Notes: generated by a model from the letters alone, not told the origin. DNA of 64,000 nt from an uncultured Gammaproteobacteria bacterium (GCA_964536515.1 CAZHXI010000005.1:2178-66177); one strand, 5' to 3'; counted from the first letter of the stretch, positions 37,504-49,992 are shown. Translations and numbers: made by a program.

Positions 37504-37911
37504 ATGCATTACTTTAAGGTAGTCCTTAGCATCATCTGGAGCATCTTCGCCGTCATCGGCCTGGTCGTCGTAGCCGCCGCGGCCTACCTGTGGTTCGTAG
37601 ATCCGCTCAACCTTAAGCCGGTCCTGTTCCCGCCTGCTCCGGCAGCTGCCAATTCACCCGTGCCGACCACCACGACACAGGTACCCACAAGTGGCGGGAG
37701 GCAGCCGAGCCAGCCGCAGCTGACGCCGCAGCAGCAGGCCGCCGCCAGCAGCCTGGGGCTAGACGCGAATGCGGTCGCAATGCTGCTCAACCCCACCACC
37801 GAAGCCTGCGCCGTGACGGCGCTCGGCCGAGCTCGGGTAGACCAGATTAAGGCGGGCGCCGCGCCGACGGCTGTAGACATCTACGCCGCACGCAGCTGCC
37901 TGATTCGGTAG
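37504..37911 (+). CDS. membrane-anchored hypothetical protein
   Basis: N-terminal TM helix and a Pro/Thr/Gln-rich linker. Confidence 0.4.
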   Translation: MHYFKVVLSIIWSIFAVIGLVVVAAAAYLWFVDPLNLKPVLFPPAPAAANSPVPTTTTQVPTSGGRQPSQPQLTPQQQAAASSLGLDANAVAMLLNPTTEACAVTALGRARVDQIKAGAAPTAVDIYAARSCLIR

Positions 37912-38943
37912 ATGGTTGTACTGGGCATCGAGACATCCTGCGACGAGACGGCGGCAGCCGTGGTGCGGCTACGTGGCGGCCGCATGGAGGCGCTAGCCGA
38001 AGTGGTAGCTAGCCAGGCAAAGCTGCACGCAAAGTACGGCGGCGTGGTGCCCGAGGTAGCCGCCCGTAAGCAGGTGGAGGCCATTATCCCGGTGCTGAAG
38101 GAATCTGGGGTACGGCCGAACCAAATTGATGCCATCGCCGTAACCCGCGGCCCGGGGCTGGTAACCAGCCTGGGCGTAGGCGTTGAGACGGCCAAGGCGC
38201 TGTCCATTGCCTGGGGCAAGCCGCTGCTGGGCGTTAACCACGTGCTGGCCCACCTTTACGCCTGCTGGCTATCGCACCCTCAGCTCGTACGCGACGACCG
38301 GATGCTACCTGCCCTCGGGCTGATAGTGAGCGGCGGCCACACCGAGCTGGTACTGCTGCGGCCGGGCGGCAGGTACAAGCTGCTGGGCAGGACAATGGAT
38401 GACGCCGCCGGTGAATGCCTAGATAAGTCTGCTCGGCTGCTGGGGCTACCCTACCCCGGCGGCGCCAAGCTGGAGCAGCTGGCGCTACGTGGCAATGCAG
38501 AATGCTGCCCGTTCCCCCGCAGCCTAGCTAATACGAAGGGGTACGAGTTCAGCTTCTCGGGCCTGAAGACCGCCGTGCGCTACCAAGTAGAGAAAACCAA
38601 ACCGACCGGCCGGCAGAAGGCTGACGTTGCCGCGGGCGTGCAGGCGGCCGTGGCCGAGCAGCTGACGCGACGGGTAGGCCAGGCGCTGGAACGCCACCGC
38701 GTGCGGTGCGTGGTCATCGGCGGCGGCGTAACAGCTAACCGCTACATCCGCAGCCAGCTGCAGCAGACGTGCGATGGCCACGGCGTACCGCTGCTGCTGC
38801 CCGAGCCCAAGTGGACCGGCGACAACGCCGCCATGATTGCGGCTCTAGCCCTGGTGCAGCTGGATGGCAAATCGCCAGCTCAAATTTCTCGGCTCAAGCC
38901 TTCTTGGCGAACGCTGGTCGCCGAGCCGAACTGGGAGCTGTAG
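37912..38943 (+). CDS. tsaD: tRNA N6-adenosine threonylcarbamoyltransferase TsaD (Kae1/Gcp)
   Basis: MVVLGIETSCDETAAAVV N-terminus and a His-His metal site. Confidence 0.9.
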   Translation: MVVLGIETSCDETAAAVVRLRGGRMEALAEVVASQAKLHAKYGGVVPEVAARKQVEAIIPVLKESGVRPNQIDAIAVTRGPGLVTSLGVGVETAKALSIAWGKPLLGVNHVLAHLYACWLSHPQLVRDDRMLPALGLIVSGGHTELVLLRPGGRYKLLGRTMDDAAGECLDKSARLLGLPYPGGAKLEQLALRGNAECCPFPRSLANTKGYEFSFSGLKTAVRYQVEKTKPTGRQKADVAAGVQAAVAEQLTRRVGQALERHRVRCVVIGGGVTANRYIRSQLQQTCDGHGVPLLLPEPKWTGDNAAMIAALALVQLDGKSPAQISRLKPSWRTLVAEPNWEL

Positions 38944-40470
38944 CTAGATTCGGCGGCGGCCGCGGGTCGGAGCGTCTGCGGGCTGCCGGCGCAGTCGCCT
39001 CAGGCGCAGGTACCTGCGTAGGTTCCACACCGCGAAGTAGGCAGCTGCGAGCAGCAGCGCCACCAGGTACGGCAGCGGCGAGCGGAGCCAGGCCGCCAAC
39101 CCTACCCTGCCTACCTGCAGCTGCGCCGCATCCGAAGCCGGCCCGCTAATGGCCACCGTTACCTTAGCCCACACCTGGTAGGATCCGGCGCGGCGGATCC
39201 GCTTGCTGCGGTAGCTGAACTTCCCCTCGCCATCGGCGAGCACATCGGTGCTCACCAGTTCGCCGCTGGGAGCACGCAGGGCTACCGTTACCGTGCTGTT
39301 CGGGTAGACCGTGGTGCCGGCTACCACGATACGGCCACGCACGACCTGCGTGGAAATCTTCGGTGCCACCGTGGGCAGCACCAGCAGCGTCTCCTCGCGG
39401 TCGGATCGATTGCCCGCGTTATCGAACGCCGTAACCGTAACCACGTGCTGGCCCGGCGTAAGCCCGGCGACGGCCACCGGCTGCTTAGCCAGCTCCGCCG
39501 GAACGTGCTGGGGCGCCTGCCCGTCTACCTGCACCTCGTAGTACTGCACGCCGGACGTAGCATCATCGGCGCTGAGCTGCAGCCCCGGGTAGCCCTCGGC
39601 TGTGGTGCCCACGGAGACCGAGACGTTCTCCGGCGCGGTGGCGTCGATGCGGATTGGGAACGTTACAACCCCGGTCCACCCCCGGCTCGTCTGGGCGCGC
39701 ACGTGGAAGTACCAAATGCCGTCCGCCACGTCGTCGTAGCTACGCTCGGAAACCTCCGCCGATAGGCTTCGCGTCGTGCCGCCGCTGGGCGACTCATCTA
39801 GGGCGACCTGCAGCGCCCTAGACCCCGCCGGGGCTGTCCAGCCCACCACCACATCCCGCGCGGTGTACCAGGTACCCTGGTTCGGGTGGGTGGGCGACCA
39901 TACGGTTAGGCCGCCGGCGGAAACCGTCGGCTCCTCCTCCGGCGGCTCGGCTCGCTCGGGCTGCTCCTCGGCGGCGGTAACGGTAACCGTTACCCCGCCC
40001 GCGCCGGTGAGGATATCGGTGCCGAGCCCGTCGTTCTCGCGCACCGCTGCGCCGGAAATTCCAATCGTCGCCGTGCCTGCACGTCGGGCGCGGAAGGTAA
40101 CACTGGCCAGCTCGCCGCTTCCGGTGAAGCCGGGGGTTGGAATGCCGCCATTCAAGCTAACCGTGCCGGAGCCAGATGAAATTGATGGCTCTATAATCCA
40201 GAGCCTGAAGATAGAGCCGCCGCGGCTGGCCGAAACAGCCTCCAGTATATCGCGCGGGTAGGTAATGGTAGCCTCTGCGTTATTGATCGCCTTGCCCTGC
40301 GTATTCACCGATAGCCGAACCGTGAAGGTCGCGCCCTCGGCCACGGTAACGGCAGACGAACGGAGCGAGAGCGTAGCGGCCTCAGCCCGACGGGCGCCCA
40401 CTGCGGGCAGCAGCAGCGCTGCCGCGACAGCAATCGCAACGGTGCGGCGGACAACGGGCAGCTGCGCCAT
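38944..40470 (-). CDS. cohesin-like domain surface protein, large paralog (locus 2)
   Basis: Signal peptide; ATLSLRSS..ATFTVRLSVNT..ATITYPRDILEAV cohesin-like region; SPTHPNQGTWY and DVADGIWYFHVRAQT modules; C-terminal TM. Confidence 0.65.
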   Translation of the reverse strand: MAQLPVVRRTVAIAVAAALLLPAVGARRAEAATLSLRSSAVTVAEGATFTVRLSVNTQGKAINNAEATITYPRDILEAVSASRGGSIFRLWIIEPSISSGSGTVSLNGGIPTPGFTGSGELASVTFRARRAGTATIGISGAAVRENDGLGTDILTGAGGVTVTVTAAEEQPERAEPPEEEPTVSAGGLTVWSPTHPNQGTWYTARDVVVGWTAPAGSRALQVALDESPSGGTTRSLSAEVSERSYDDVADGIWYFHVRAQTSRGWTGVVTFPIRIDATAPENVSVSVGTTAEGYPGLQLSADDATSGVQYYEVQVDGQAPQHVPAELAKQPVAVAGLTPGQHVVTVTAFDNAGNRSDREETLLVLPTVAPKISTQVVRGRIVVAGTTVYPNSTVTVALRAPSGELVSTDVLADGEGKFSYRSKRIRRAGSYQVWAKVTVAISGPASDAAQLQVGRVGLAAWLRSPLPYLVALLLAAAYFAVWNLRRYLRLRRLRRQPADAPTRGRRRI

Positions 40471-40473
40471 TCT

Positions 40474-41400
40474 CTAGAGCCGCTTCCGGCGACGGAGCGC
40501 CGCCAACGCAACGAGCAGCGCCGCTAGGGCCACGGCTGCAGCCGCAGCGACCGCCGCTACCAGCCACCTGCTGCCGCCCCCGGCGATCGGGAGCACGTAG
40601 CTGCTGGCGTTGCCCGCTCGATCGTAAGCCGTAATGGTCACGGGCGCCGTACGGGCCTGGTCACGCAGCACGTACTCGCTGCCGGTACGTACCGCGGGAT
40701 TCGTACCCTCGGCTACCTCCAGGTGGTCCAACCCAGAGCCGCTATCCTCCACCTCGATCGCCAGGAAGAGCATGCCTCCGTGCACGCTGGGGTCGCTGCC
40801 GACGTTCACCGCCAAGAACCTGGGTGGCTCGTTGTCGGACGCGACCAGGTCACGCAGCGCATCCCTGGGCGCCCCGGTAGGCTCGCCCACCCGCAGCGTC
40901 AGCGGCTGGCCAGAGGCGGGCGTAGCGGCGCCGGTGCCATCGTTGGCGTAGGCGGTAACCTTCGCCGGGGTAAACGTAATGGTGCCGGGCTCCGCCACGG
41001 CGATGGCAATACGGAACAGCAGCGCGTCGTCTGCGCTAACCCCGCCGGGCATACCGCCGGTGAACGAAATGGTGCCGCTGCGCTCGTCCCACGATGGCTT
41101 CCTTGGCCACAGCGACAGGTCGGACCCCGCGACGCTGAGGTCGCGTAGCTCGAAGGTACCCGGAGCAGCCTCCAGCTTAACGGCGCCCTCGACCACGTTG
41201 TACGATCCGCCCTCGGTGCCCAGCCGAACATCCAGGATGGTGGTGTCGCCGGCAGAGACCGAAGCCGTTCCAGCCCGCAGGTAGACCGTGGCTGCCGAAG
41301 CCGAGCCCGCCCAAGCCAACGCCACCGCGGCGAAGGCGACTGCGGGCAATGCGCTCCACATGATACCAATCGAATGCCTACGAATGTGTTCCATGTACAT
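40474..41400 (-). CDS. cohesin-like domain surface protein, small paralog (locus 2)
   Basis: Signal peptide; ATVYLRAGTASV..TILDVRLGTE cohesin-like N-terminus; C-terminal TM and RRRKRL tail. Confidence 0.6.
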   Translation of the reverse strand: MYMEHIRRHSIGIMWSALPAVAFAAVALAWAGSASAATVYLRAGTASVSAGDTTILDVRLGTEGGSYNVVEGAVKLEAAPGTFELRDLSVAGSDLSLWPRKPSWDERSGTISFTGGMPGGVSADDALLFRIAIAVAEPGTITFTPAKVTAYANDGTGAATPASGQPLTLRVGEPTGAPRDALRDLVASDNEPPRFLAVNVGSDPSVHGGMLFLAIEVEDSGSGLDHLEVAEGTNPAVRTGSEYVLRDQARTAPVTITAYDRAGNASSYVLPIAGGGSRWLVAAVAAAAAVALAALLVALAALRRRKRL

Positions 41401-41408
41401 TCAGCTTA

Positions 41409-43802
<2,394 letters not shown>

Positions 43803-43839
43803 AGCTGGTTCCGTCGCCGCACGGTGGCCGGCCGACGAA

Positions 43840-44025
43840 TTAGACCTGCCGCTTACGGTTCGCCGACGTATCCGACGCCGTCTGGCTGTCGTCCCTGAAG
43901 GCCCCGGTCAGGTGGCGCACCGCCTCGACGATGCTCTTGGCCAGCTCGGGGATCTTCTTGGCGCCGAACAGCAGCACCAGGACGACGGCGATAATGATTA
44001 GCTCCTTCGTGCCGAGTCCGAACAT
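43840..44025 (-). CDS. tatA: twin-arginine translocase subunit TatA/E
   Basis: MFGLGTKELIIIAVVLVLLFGAKKIPELAKSI is the canonical TatA TM helix plus amphipathic helix. Confidence 0.85.
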   Translation of the reverse strand: MFGLGTKELIIIAVVLVLLFGAKKIPELAKSIVEAVRHLTGAFRDDSQTASDTSANRKRQV

Positions 44026-44066
44026 AGAGTTTTGAGTTTTAGTTTGCCGTTAGTCTCGTTGGGTAC

Positions 44067-44210
44067 CTACCGCTGCGGCTTAGATCCGCCGCGGAGGTTA
44101 CGTACCGCCTCGGCTACGCCACGCGCGAGCTCGGGCAGCTTCTTGGCGCCGAACAGCAGCACCAGAATGATGGCAATGAGAATTATTTCCCTCGTGCTGA
44201 GTCCGAACAT
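44067..44210 (-). CDS. tatA: second TatA/E paralog (47 aa; below the ORF-track length cutoff)
   Basis: Manual translation: MFGLSTREIILIAIILVLLFGAKKLPELARGVAEAVRNLRGGSKPQR. Confidence 0.7.
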   Translation of the reverse strand: MFGLSTREIILIAIILVLLFGAKKLPELARGVAEAVRNLRGGSKPQR

Positions 44211-44215
44211 AGCAG

Positions 44216-44947
44216 TTACGTAGTTAGGTGCTTAGGTTGCCGACGTCTCCCGCTCACCAGAATTGTCAGTTCGTACATGAGCACCAGGGGAGCCGACATC
44301 ACCAGCAATGATACGCCATCGGTTGGGGGCAGTAAAGCCACAAAAACGAGGATGAGGACAGCTGCGTGGCGCCGGTGGGCACGCAGGTAGCCAACGTCCA
44401 GCAGCCCCATACGGATGAGTATATTCAGCAGCAGCGGCAGCTCGAACACAAGGCCCAGCAGGGCTGCGGTGGTAACGATCTGCGACACGAACTGCCCAAT
44501 ATCCCAGTAGTTCCTCACACCCAGGCTAAGGTTAATATTGGCGATTGCCCCCATGGCGAAGTACATGACGGCGAAACCGTAGACGAAGCCGACCACGAAC
44601 AGCAGCAGGGCAGCCGGAACGTGCAGCAGCAGCACCCGCCGCTCGGGCCGGGTAAGGCCGGTACGGAGGAAGGCGAATACCTGGTAGAACAGCAGGGGCA
44701 GGGTGCCAATCAACGCCGCGAACATGCCCACGCTCACCGCCAGGTCTATGAGCTGGAAGGGCGAGGTGGCGACTACCTGGACGCCGTCGATGGTGAAGGT
44801 ACCCCCGATGGCACGGAGCAGCGGCACCGTGCCGAACGCCCCGAGCAGGAATAGCGAGGCGAAGGCCACCGCTACCTTGAAGACACGACGACGAATCTCC
44901 TCCAGGTAGGGGTAGTACGGGGCAAGCCTCTCGCTGAGTTCACCCAT
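44216..44947 (-). CDS. tatC: twin-arginine translocase subunit TatC
   Basis: 6-TM TatC topology and conserved regions; 5 bp upstream of tatA. Confidence 0.85.
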   Translation of the reverse strand: MGELSERLAPYYPYLEEIRRRVFKVAVAFASLFLLGAFGTVPLLRAIGGTFTIDGVQVVATSPFQLIDLAVSVGMFAALIGTLPLLFYQVFAFLRTGLTRPERRVLLLHVPAALLLFVVGFVYGFAVMYFAMGAIANINLSLGVRNYWDIGQFVSQIVTTAALLGLVFELPLLLNILIRMGLLDVGYLRAHRRHAAVLILVFVALLPPTDGVSLLVMSAPLVLMYELTILVSGRRRQPKHLTT

Positions 44948-44962
44948 AGGCTAGCGGCTAGC

Positions 44963-45499
44963 CTACGCTCCGGCGCCGGTTTGGGTTGCGGAGGGCTGCT
45001 CGGGCAGCGCGGGCAGCTCGACGGTCGAAGCCTGGTCGCTGGGGCTGAGGGGCCCCTCCCACGTCTCGGCCGGGGTAACCTTCAGCGTAGAATCCTCCAG
45101 CGGCTCCTCTACGAACTTGGGCGAAACGGGTGGTTCCACCGCCGCCGGCTCCACTGGCTGGACGTCTACCGGCAGGGGCTCGGCTAGAGGCTGATCAGCT
45201 ACGGTCAGTGCCTCGGCGGCAGCCGCTGCTTCAGCCTGCTTCGCCGCCCGCTCTTTTGCTAGCGCCACCGTCTCGATGCCCGTGCTCACAATTTCGCTCA
45301 CCGGCACGTTCGCAGCCGTGGCAGCCTCGCCCAATGCCTGAGCCAGCTTGAGCTTGACCAGGGTGTCGGCCACCTGGTCTGCCTCGGCACGCAGGCTAGA
45401 GATACGCTCCAGGTCGCCGGTGCCGAAAGCCTGGTCCACCGCCGCAGCCAGCGCAGCCTGGCGGTTGGTGAGCAGCTGGATGAGGTAGGGAATGTCCAT
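44963..45499 (-). CDS. hypothetical Ala/Pro/Glu-rich protein
   Basis: No motifs; co-operonic, with 9-15 bp gaps on both sides. Confidence 0.4.
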   Translation of the reverse strand: MDIPYLIQLLTNRQAALAAAVDQAFGTGDLERISSLRAEADQVADTLVKLKLAQALGEAATAANVPVSEIVSTGIETVALAKERAAKQAEAAAAAEALTVADQPLAEPLPVDVQPVEPAAVEPPVSPKFVEEPLEDSTLKVTPAETWEGPLSPSDQASTVELPALPEQPSATQTGAGA

Positions 45500-45508
45500 A
45501 GCGGTAGC

Positions 45509-48343
45509 CTACGTCCAGAACACCAGGGTCCGCCACATCTCGGTCGCCGTGTGGCGCATGACGTACAGGTACTTGAGCCCGTCCGTGGTGGTGATAATCT
45601 CCATGCGGTTGCCGATAATGGCGGTGCTCATGCCGTAGGGAACGGTGCCGCAGGGGCGGATGCGGCCAACGTCCAGGCGCAGCTGGTAGATACGGCCCGT
45701 AGCATCTTTGGTGAAGAGGAGCGAGTCTGCGCCGTCGTAGGTGTACATCGAACCCGTGGTCAGCGTCTCGGTCTGCGGCGTCGTTACCCAGGCTAGCTTC
45801 CACGTCTCGGTGGGAATGTCGTAGACGTCGAACACGTTGCTGGCGCCGCCGCGGGCTCGCCAAATTTCCCTGCCCTTCTTGGCCGTGGCCGTGGGGCTAT
45901 GCAGCCAAACGAACTCGATGCCAGCTCCGTGCGTAGGCACGTCCAGAATGGTGTAGTTGGTATCGGTCGAGGGGCTGGTGCCAAGAGCGAAGGTTATGAC
46001 CGTAGCCGTATTGGAGGCGATTACATACTCCAGGTTCTGGCCGGTACCAGACATCATACGTAGTCGCTTGCCCGCCCACATGTTGGTGGCCCAGTTCTTG
46101 GTGGTGTCGGTGAGGGTGGTGGTGGAGCCAGCGGTAGAGAGCCCCCAGGTATCCATGATGCGGTACTTGGTGGTAGCGTCGGGGGTAAAGGACTGGGTGG
46201 CGTACGTTAGGGTGGTAGCGGTATTCGACGTAATGGCGAACTCGCTGCCGGCGCCGGTGCCGGCCTCAATCTGGATGCGGTAGCTAGCCCACTGGTTCAC
46301 GTTCCAGTTCTTGCCCGAATCGACCAGGGTGGTGGTGCTGCCGCCGGTCGCCCAGCCGGTATTGGTCTTGGCTGGAACCTTGTACTGCACGGCCCGGCCG
46401 AACGCGGGCGTGTCGTGGATGAGGAAACGGGTTGTGTTCGTCGGAGCCGTAATGGCCAGGTTAACCGTTACAGAGTTGGCGGTGTTGGAGCTAATGCGCC
46501 GGACCTGAATGGTGCCGCCCGTACCGGCCGTCTGCGTCTGGATGAGCATCCCCACCAAGCTATTCACCGCCCAGCTCTTGGAGGCATCTACGATTACCGT
46601 AACAGAGGACGTCGCCACCGCAACGGCCGTCGCAGCAGCCGTGGTGGTAACGTCGAACTGGGTCAGCGCATCGACGCCCGTAATGGTGTAGGTGGTATTG
46701 TAGGTGGCGTCGGTAGCGCCGGACAGCGTTACCGTATCGCCGATCTTGTAGAAGTGGTTGGCCGTGGTTACCACCCTCGCCGAGACGCCGACCGAGGTAA
46801 CCGAGATGGTGCAACCCGAGCCCGTGCCGCCGCTGGTGGCAAAGGTGGCAACGGAGTAACCCGAGCTACCGGGCGATAGCAGCGAGACCGTCTCGACTAA
46901 GCCGCCAGCCGAAATCGCCTCCACTATCACCTTGCCACCGACGCCCGTAGCAAGGGTAAGGATATCGCCCACTACGTAGTTGGTACCCTTAGCTACGGGG
47001 GTGGTATTAATGCCCGTAATCGTATTCGTATTGCGGGTGAAGCCGGTGGAGGGGATACACTCAGATCCTGCGAGCTTCGTGCAGAGGCCGTTGGCTGCAT
47101 TGGTACCGAAGTCGAGCAGCGAACCCTGCGTCCAATTGTCGCAGTCGGTTACGTACTGCCACACCGCCGAGACGCCGTTGCCGGAAAGGTAGGCTGTATT
47201 GGTATCGCCGTAGATGCGGTAGACCGAGGTGTTGTCCAGCGTTACCCCGTGCGAGTGGTCTAGGTACAGCACCGTGCCGGTGTTGCCCACGATACGGAAG
47301 CGGTTGCCCATGCCCGTGCCGGACATGATGCGCAGCTGGTAGTTACGCCACCGATCCGCCGTCCACGTCTTGGTGCCATCGGTGAGGGTGGTAGCCGTGC
47401 CAGCCGATGCCGTTCCATTCTCGAAGTAGCCGGCGTACTCCCCCACCTTCTCGAAGGTGAGGTCGGTTGCCGGGGCGGCGGTCCAAATGCCCACCGGGAA
47501 GGTGCGGGTGGACCAGGTGTCAGCAGCTACGTCGTAGTACTGCAACGTGCCGAACGGCGAGCTGCCGAAGCCACCCATGAGGTAGATGCCGCCGCTGGTG
47601 GTGGCGAACCGCGAGGTGTAGTCGGGGGTTACGTCCCACGTCGCCACCGTTACCGTGCTCGCCTCGATGTAGAAGTTGGTGGGGGTAGCTGCGGTGTTCA
47701 CCGGCACGGCGTACGGCGCAATAGCCGAGAAGCCGGTGTTGTTCCAGGGGTCTATCTGCTGGTAGTTGGCGTCGGAGAAGTACAGCGTGGTGGTATCGTT
47801 GTACAGCACGCGGCGGAACTGCGACGAGCCGGTACCGTAGACCAACCGGCACATGTAGCCGGACCACTGGTTGTACTTCCACTTCTTGGTTCCGTCGCCC
47901 ACGGTGGTGGCGCTGGCGACCGAGCAGAACCCGTGGTCGTAGATTACCGGCTCATCCACGGCCGTAATGGTGCGATCCTGCCCCATGCCTGTGCCGGACA
48001 TAATGCGAACTGTCTCGTTGAGCATCGTGTTACCAGCGGCAATGCCGATGGTTGCCGTTGTAGCCGTAGCGCTAATTACCCGCCCGCGTGAACCGGAGAA
48101 AGGTACGTACTTCAGCGAGACGCGAACTGTAGGGGTGATGTTGGGTGAGGCCAATGTCTGCCACGAGTCCGTAACCGTGTCGTACCGGTAGAACGATGCG
48201 CTGACGAGATAGTAGATGAAGCGGGTGTCGGTGCCCTCGCCGATACAGGTGCCAGAGACCGCCGAGGTCGCCGTGGGCGCGAACCGCAGCCACTCCCACA
48301 CCGGCAGGTCTACCTGTGTCTTAATGTTATTTGTCAGCGCCAT
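45509..48343 (-). CDS. 944-aa beta-repeat protein (at least 5 copies of a ~48-aa W-rich repeat T.TTL.D.TK.W..N.W.G..LRI.SGTG.G....I.SNTAT.L); no signal peptide
   Basis: Repeats are visible in the translation; fibre or beta-propeller-like. Confidence 0.55.
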   Translation of the reverse strand: MALTNNIKTQVDLPVWEWLRFAPTATSAVSGTCIGEGTDTRFIYYLVSASFYRYDTVTDSWQTLASPNITPTVRVSLKYVPFSGSRGRVISATATTATIGIAAGNTMLNETVRIMSGTGMGQDRTITAVDEPVIYDHGFCSVASATTVGDGTKKWKYNQWSGYMCRLVYGTGSSQFRRVLYNDTTTLYFSDANYQQIDPWNNTGFSAIAPYAVPVNTAATPTNFYIEASTVTVATWDVTPDYTSRFATTSGGIYLMGGFGSSPFGTLQYYDVAADTWSTRTFPVGIWTAAPATDLTFEKVGEYAGYFENGTASAGTATTLTDGTKTWTADRWRNYQLRIMSGTGMGNRFRIVGNTGTVLYLDHSHGVTLDNTSVYRIYGDTNTAYLSGNGVSAVWQYVTDCDNWTQGSLLDFGTNAANGLCTKLAGSECIPSTGFTRNTNTITGINTTPVAKGTNYVVGDILTLATGVGGKVIVEAISAGGLVETVSLLSPGSSGYSVATFATSGGTGSGCTISVTSVGVSARVVTTANHFYKIGDTVTLSGATDATYNTTYTITGVDALTQFDVTTTAAATAVAVATSSVTVIVDASKSWAVNSLVGMLIQTQTAGTGGTIQVRRISSNTANSVTVNLAITAPTNTTRFLIHDTPAFGRAVQYKVPAKTNTGWATGGSTTTLVDSGKNWNVNQWASYRIQIEAGTGAGSEFAITSNTATTLTYATQSFTPDATTKYRIMDTWGLSTAGSTTTLTDTTKNWATNMWAGKRLRMMSGTGQNLEYVIASNTATVITFALGTSPSTDTNYTILDVPTHGAGIEFVWLHSPTATAKKGREIWRARGGASNVFDVYDIPTETWKLAWVTTPQTETLTTGSMYTYDGADSLLFTKDATGRIYQLRLDVGRIRPCGTVPYGMSTAIIGNRMEIITTTDGLKYLYVMRHTATEMWRTLVFWT

Positions 48344-48353
48344 AGGTCGGACC

Positions 48354-48977
48354 CTAAGACCACACTAGTCCCGTTCGAATGCCATTAGCGTAGGCATTAC
48401 GAGCGGTATCAATTAGGAAGTATTTCGCATCCACGCCAGCCAGCTGGTTGAGCGTAGTGGTGGTGGCAACCGTGGTAACGGTGGTAACCGTAGTAATGGT
48501 CCCGCTGCTGATGACGGCGCTCTCCACTGCTACGCGCTGCCGCTGGGCCGAATCTACGACCGTCAGAGACTCGACCTGCTTCACCAGGCGCCGAAGCAGT
48601 ATCGAGCTCTCTTCCGTCGCCGGGTTTATAGCCGTCGCCGTGGTGTCCTTTAGGCCCACGGGGTCGGTGCCGCCGCCGCCTGTAGTGGCGGTCAGCAGCT
48701 TGCCGTTTACGTCGAACTGGAACTTATCCGAGTTCGTCTTTATCAGGGCTAGGGTATCCTCGGTGGCTGGGTTAACCCGAGCGTTCGCAGCGTTCTTAAC
48801 CCCTACCACATTGGATGCCGGGGTGCTGCCGAACACCAGGGCGTCCGCGCGCTTGGGCAGCAGCATTGTGCCTAGGAAGCCCAGGCCGGTTACGCCCAGC
48901 ACCTTTAGGAACAGCCGCCGGTTGGCGTCCAGTGGAGCGCCCGAAGCCGCTCCGTTCACCGTCAAATTCTTTTTCAT
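48354..48977 (-). CDS. Tat-signal-peptide protein (RRLFLKVLGVTGLGFLGTMLLPKRADA)
   Basis: Canonical twin-arginine motif RRxFLK, then an h-region and AxA cleavage site; T/V-rich C-terminal repeats. Confidence 0.6.
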   Translation of the reverse strand: MKKNLTVNGAASGAPLDANRRLFLKVLGVTGLGFLGTMLLPKRADALVFGSTPASNVVGVKNAANARVNPATEDTLALIKTNSDKFQFDVNGKLLTATTGGGGTDPVGLKDTTATAINPATEESSILLRRLVKQVESLTVVDSAQRQRVAVESAVISSGTITTVTTVTTVATTTTLNQLAGVDAKYFLIDTARNAYANGIRTGLVWS

Positions 48978-49125
48978 GCTCCCCCGGTAGGTAGTCGCGC
49001 CGAATTCATTAGCAATAAATATACCACATGTGGTTAAATTTACTGACTAGCAACCACACAGAACTGTTCGGCTTGTCTACGTCGCCACACGTGACCAAAG
49101 GCCCAGCGGCAGCTACCATCCACCC

Positions 49126-49560
49126 ATGGAAAAAACTCTCAACCTCAAGTCGCTCGCCCAGACCCAGGCATTCGTCCGCGAGCTAGCAGGCACGCTACGC
49201 GGCGGAGACGTGCTGGGCTTGGTCGGCCCGCTGGGTGCGGGCAAAACCACCATTACGCAGACGATTGCCGCGGCCCTGGGTGTACCCAAGCGGCCACGCA
49301 GCCCCAGCTACACCCTGCTGCAGCCGTACGAACTGCCCAAGGAGATCCGCGGCATACGCACCCTGGTGCACGTAGACGCCTACCGTGTGGCTGGACCAGA
49401 GCTAATGGACGCCGGCCTAGCCGAGTACCTAGCAGACCCCCACGCCCTGGTGGTGGTGGAGTGGGCAGACCGGGTGGCCAAGGAGCTACCCGCTTCCACC
49501 AGGTGGCTGCATATTCAACCGGGCGACAAGCCTACGGAACGCAAGGTAAACACTGAATAA
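49126..49560 (+). CDS. tsaE: tRNA threonylcarbamoyladenosine biosynthesis ATPase TsaE (YjeE)
   Basis: Walker A GPLGAGKTT; 144 aa. Confidence 0.85.
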   Translation: MEKTLNLKSLAQTQAFVRELAGTLRGGDVLGLVGPLGAGKTTITQTIAAALGVPKRPRSPSYTLLQPYELPKEIRGIRTLVHVDAYRVAGPELMDAGLAEYLADPHALVVVEWADRVAKELPASTRWLHIQPGDKPTERKVNTE

Positions 49561-49566
49561 AAAATA

Positions 49567-49600
49567 GAGCCCCGGTAGTTCCGGGGCTCACAAAATTTTC
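49567..49600. terminator. bidirectional rho-independent terminator (GAGCCCCGG/CCGGGGCTC followed by AAAATTTTC)
   Basis: Perfect stem between the convergent tsaE and the 49600 gene. Confidence 0.55.
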
Positions 49601-49992
49601 TAGGCCGCGGCACGGCTCGACGCGCGGCTCTCGGACAGGTACCGACGGGCTGAGCTCTGGGTTAACGCCGGACGTTCGGCTGCCCAACGGCGGATAGCAT
49701 CCATATCACGCACGATGTAGAAGCAGTTCGCCCCGCGTGCCGGCTCTCGAACCGCACGGAACGCCTCGCACTGCCACGCCTCTGCCCGTGCGTACCAGGC
49801 GGTCTCCAGTGCTCCGCTGGCAACGAGGCGGGAAACCGCTACCTGCGTCGCCCTCGAGTGGTCCCGCATCGGCCACGGAGGAATCCAGACGTGCTCGTCG
49901 CCATTCTTGCCGCCCGACTTCGCCTTACGCTGAATATCAGAGCAGATATCGAACAGTGAATCTCTGAACGGAATGTACTCTCCTCGTTCCAT
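49600..49992 (-). CDS. hypothetical protein (130 aa)
   Basis: Strong SD AGGAGGTGAGCC upstream of the ATG. Confidence 0.45.
   Translation of the reverse strand: MERGEYIPFRDSLFDICSDIQRKAKSGGKNGDEHVWIPPWPMRDHSRATQVAVSRLVASGALETAWYARAEAWQCEAFRAVREPARGANCFYIVRDMDAIRRWAAERPALTQSSARRYLSESRASSRAAA

Noticed and set aside
45509-48977. Prophage tail-fibre interpretation of the 944-aa repeat protein
   Set aside because: No integrase, terminase, capsid or other phage genes are nearby. The flanks are tatAC and surface proteins in one operon.
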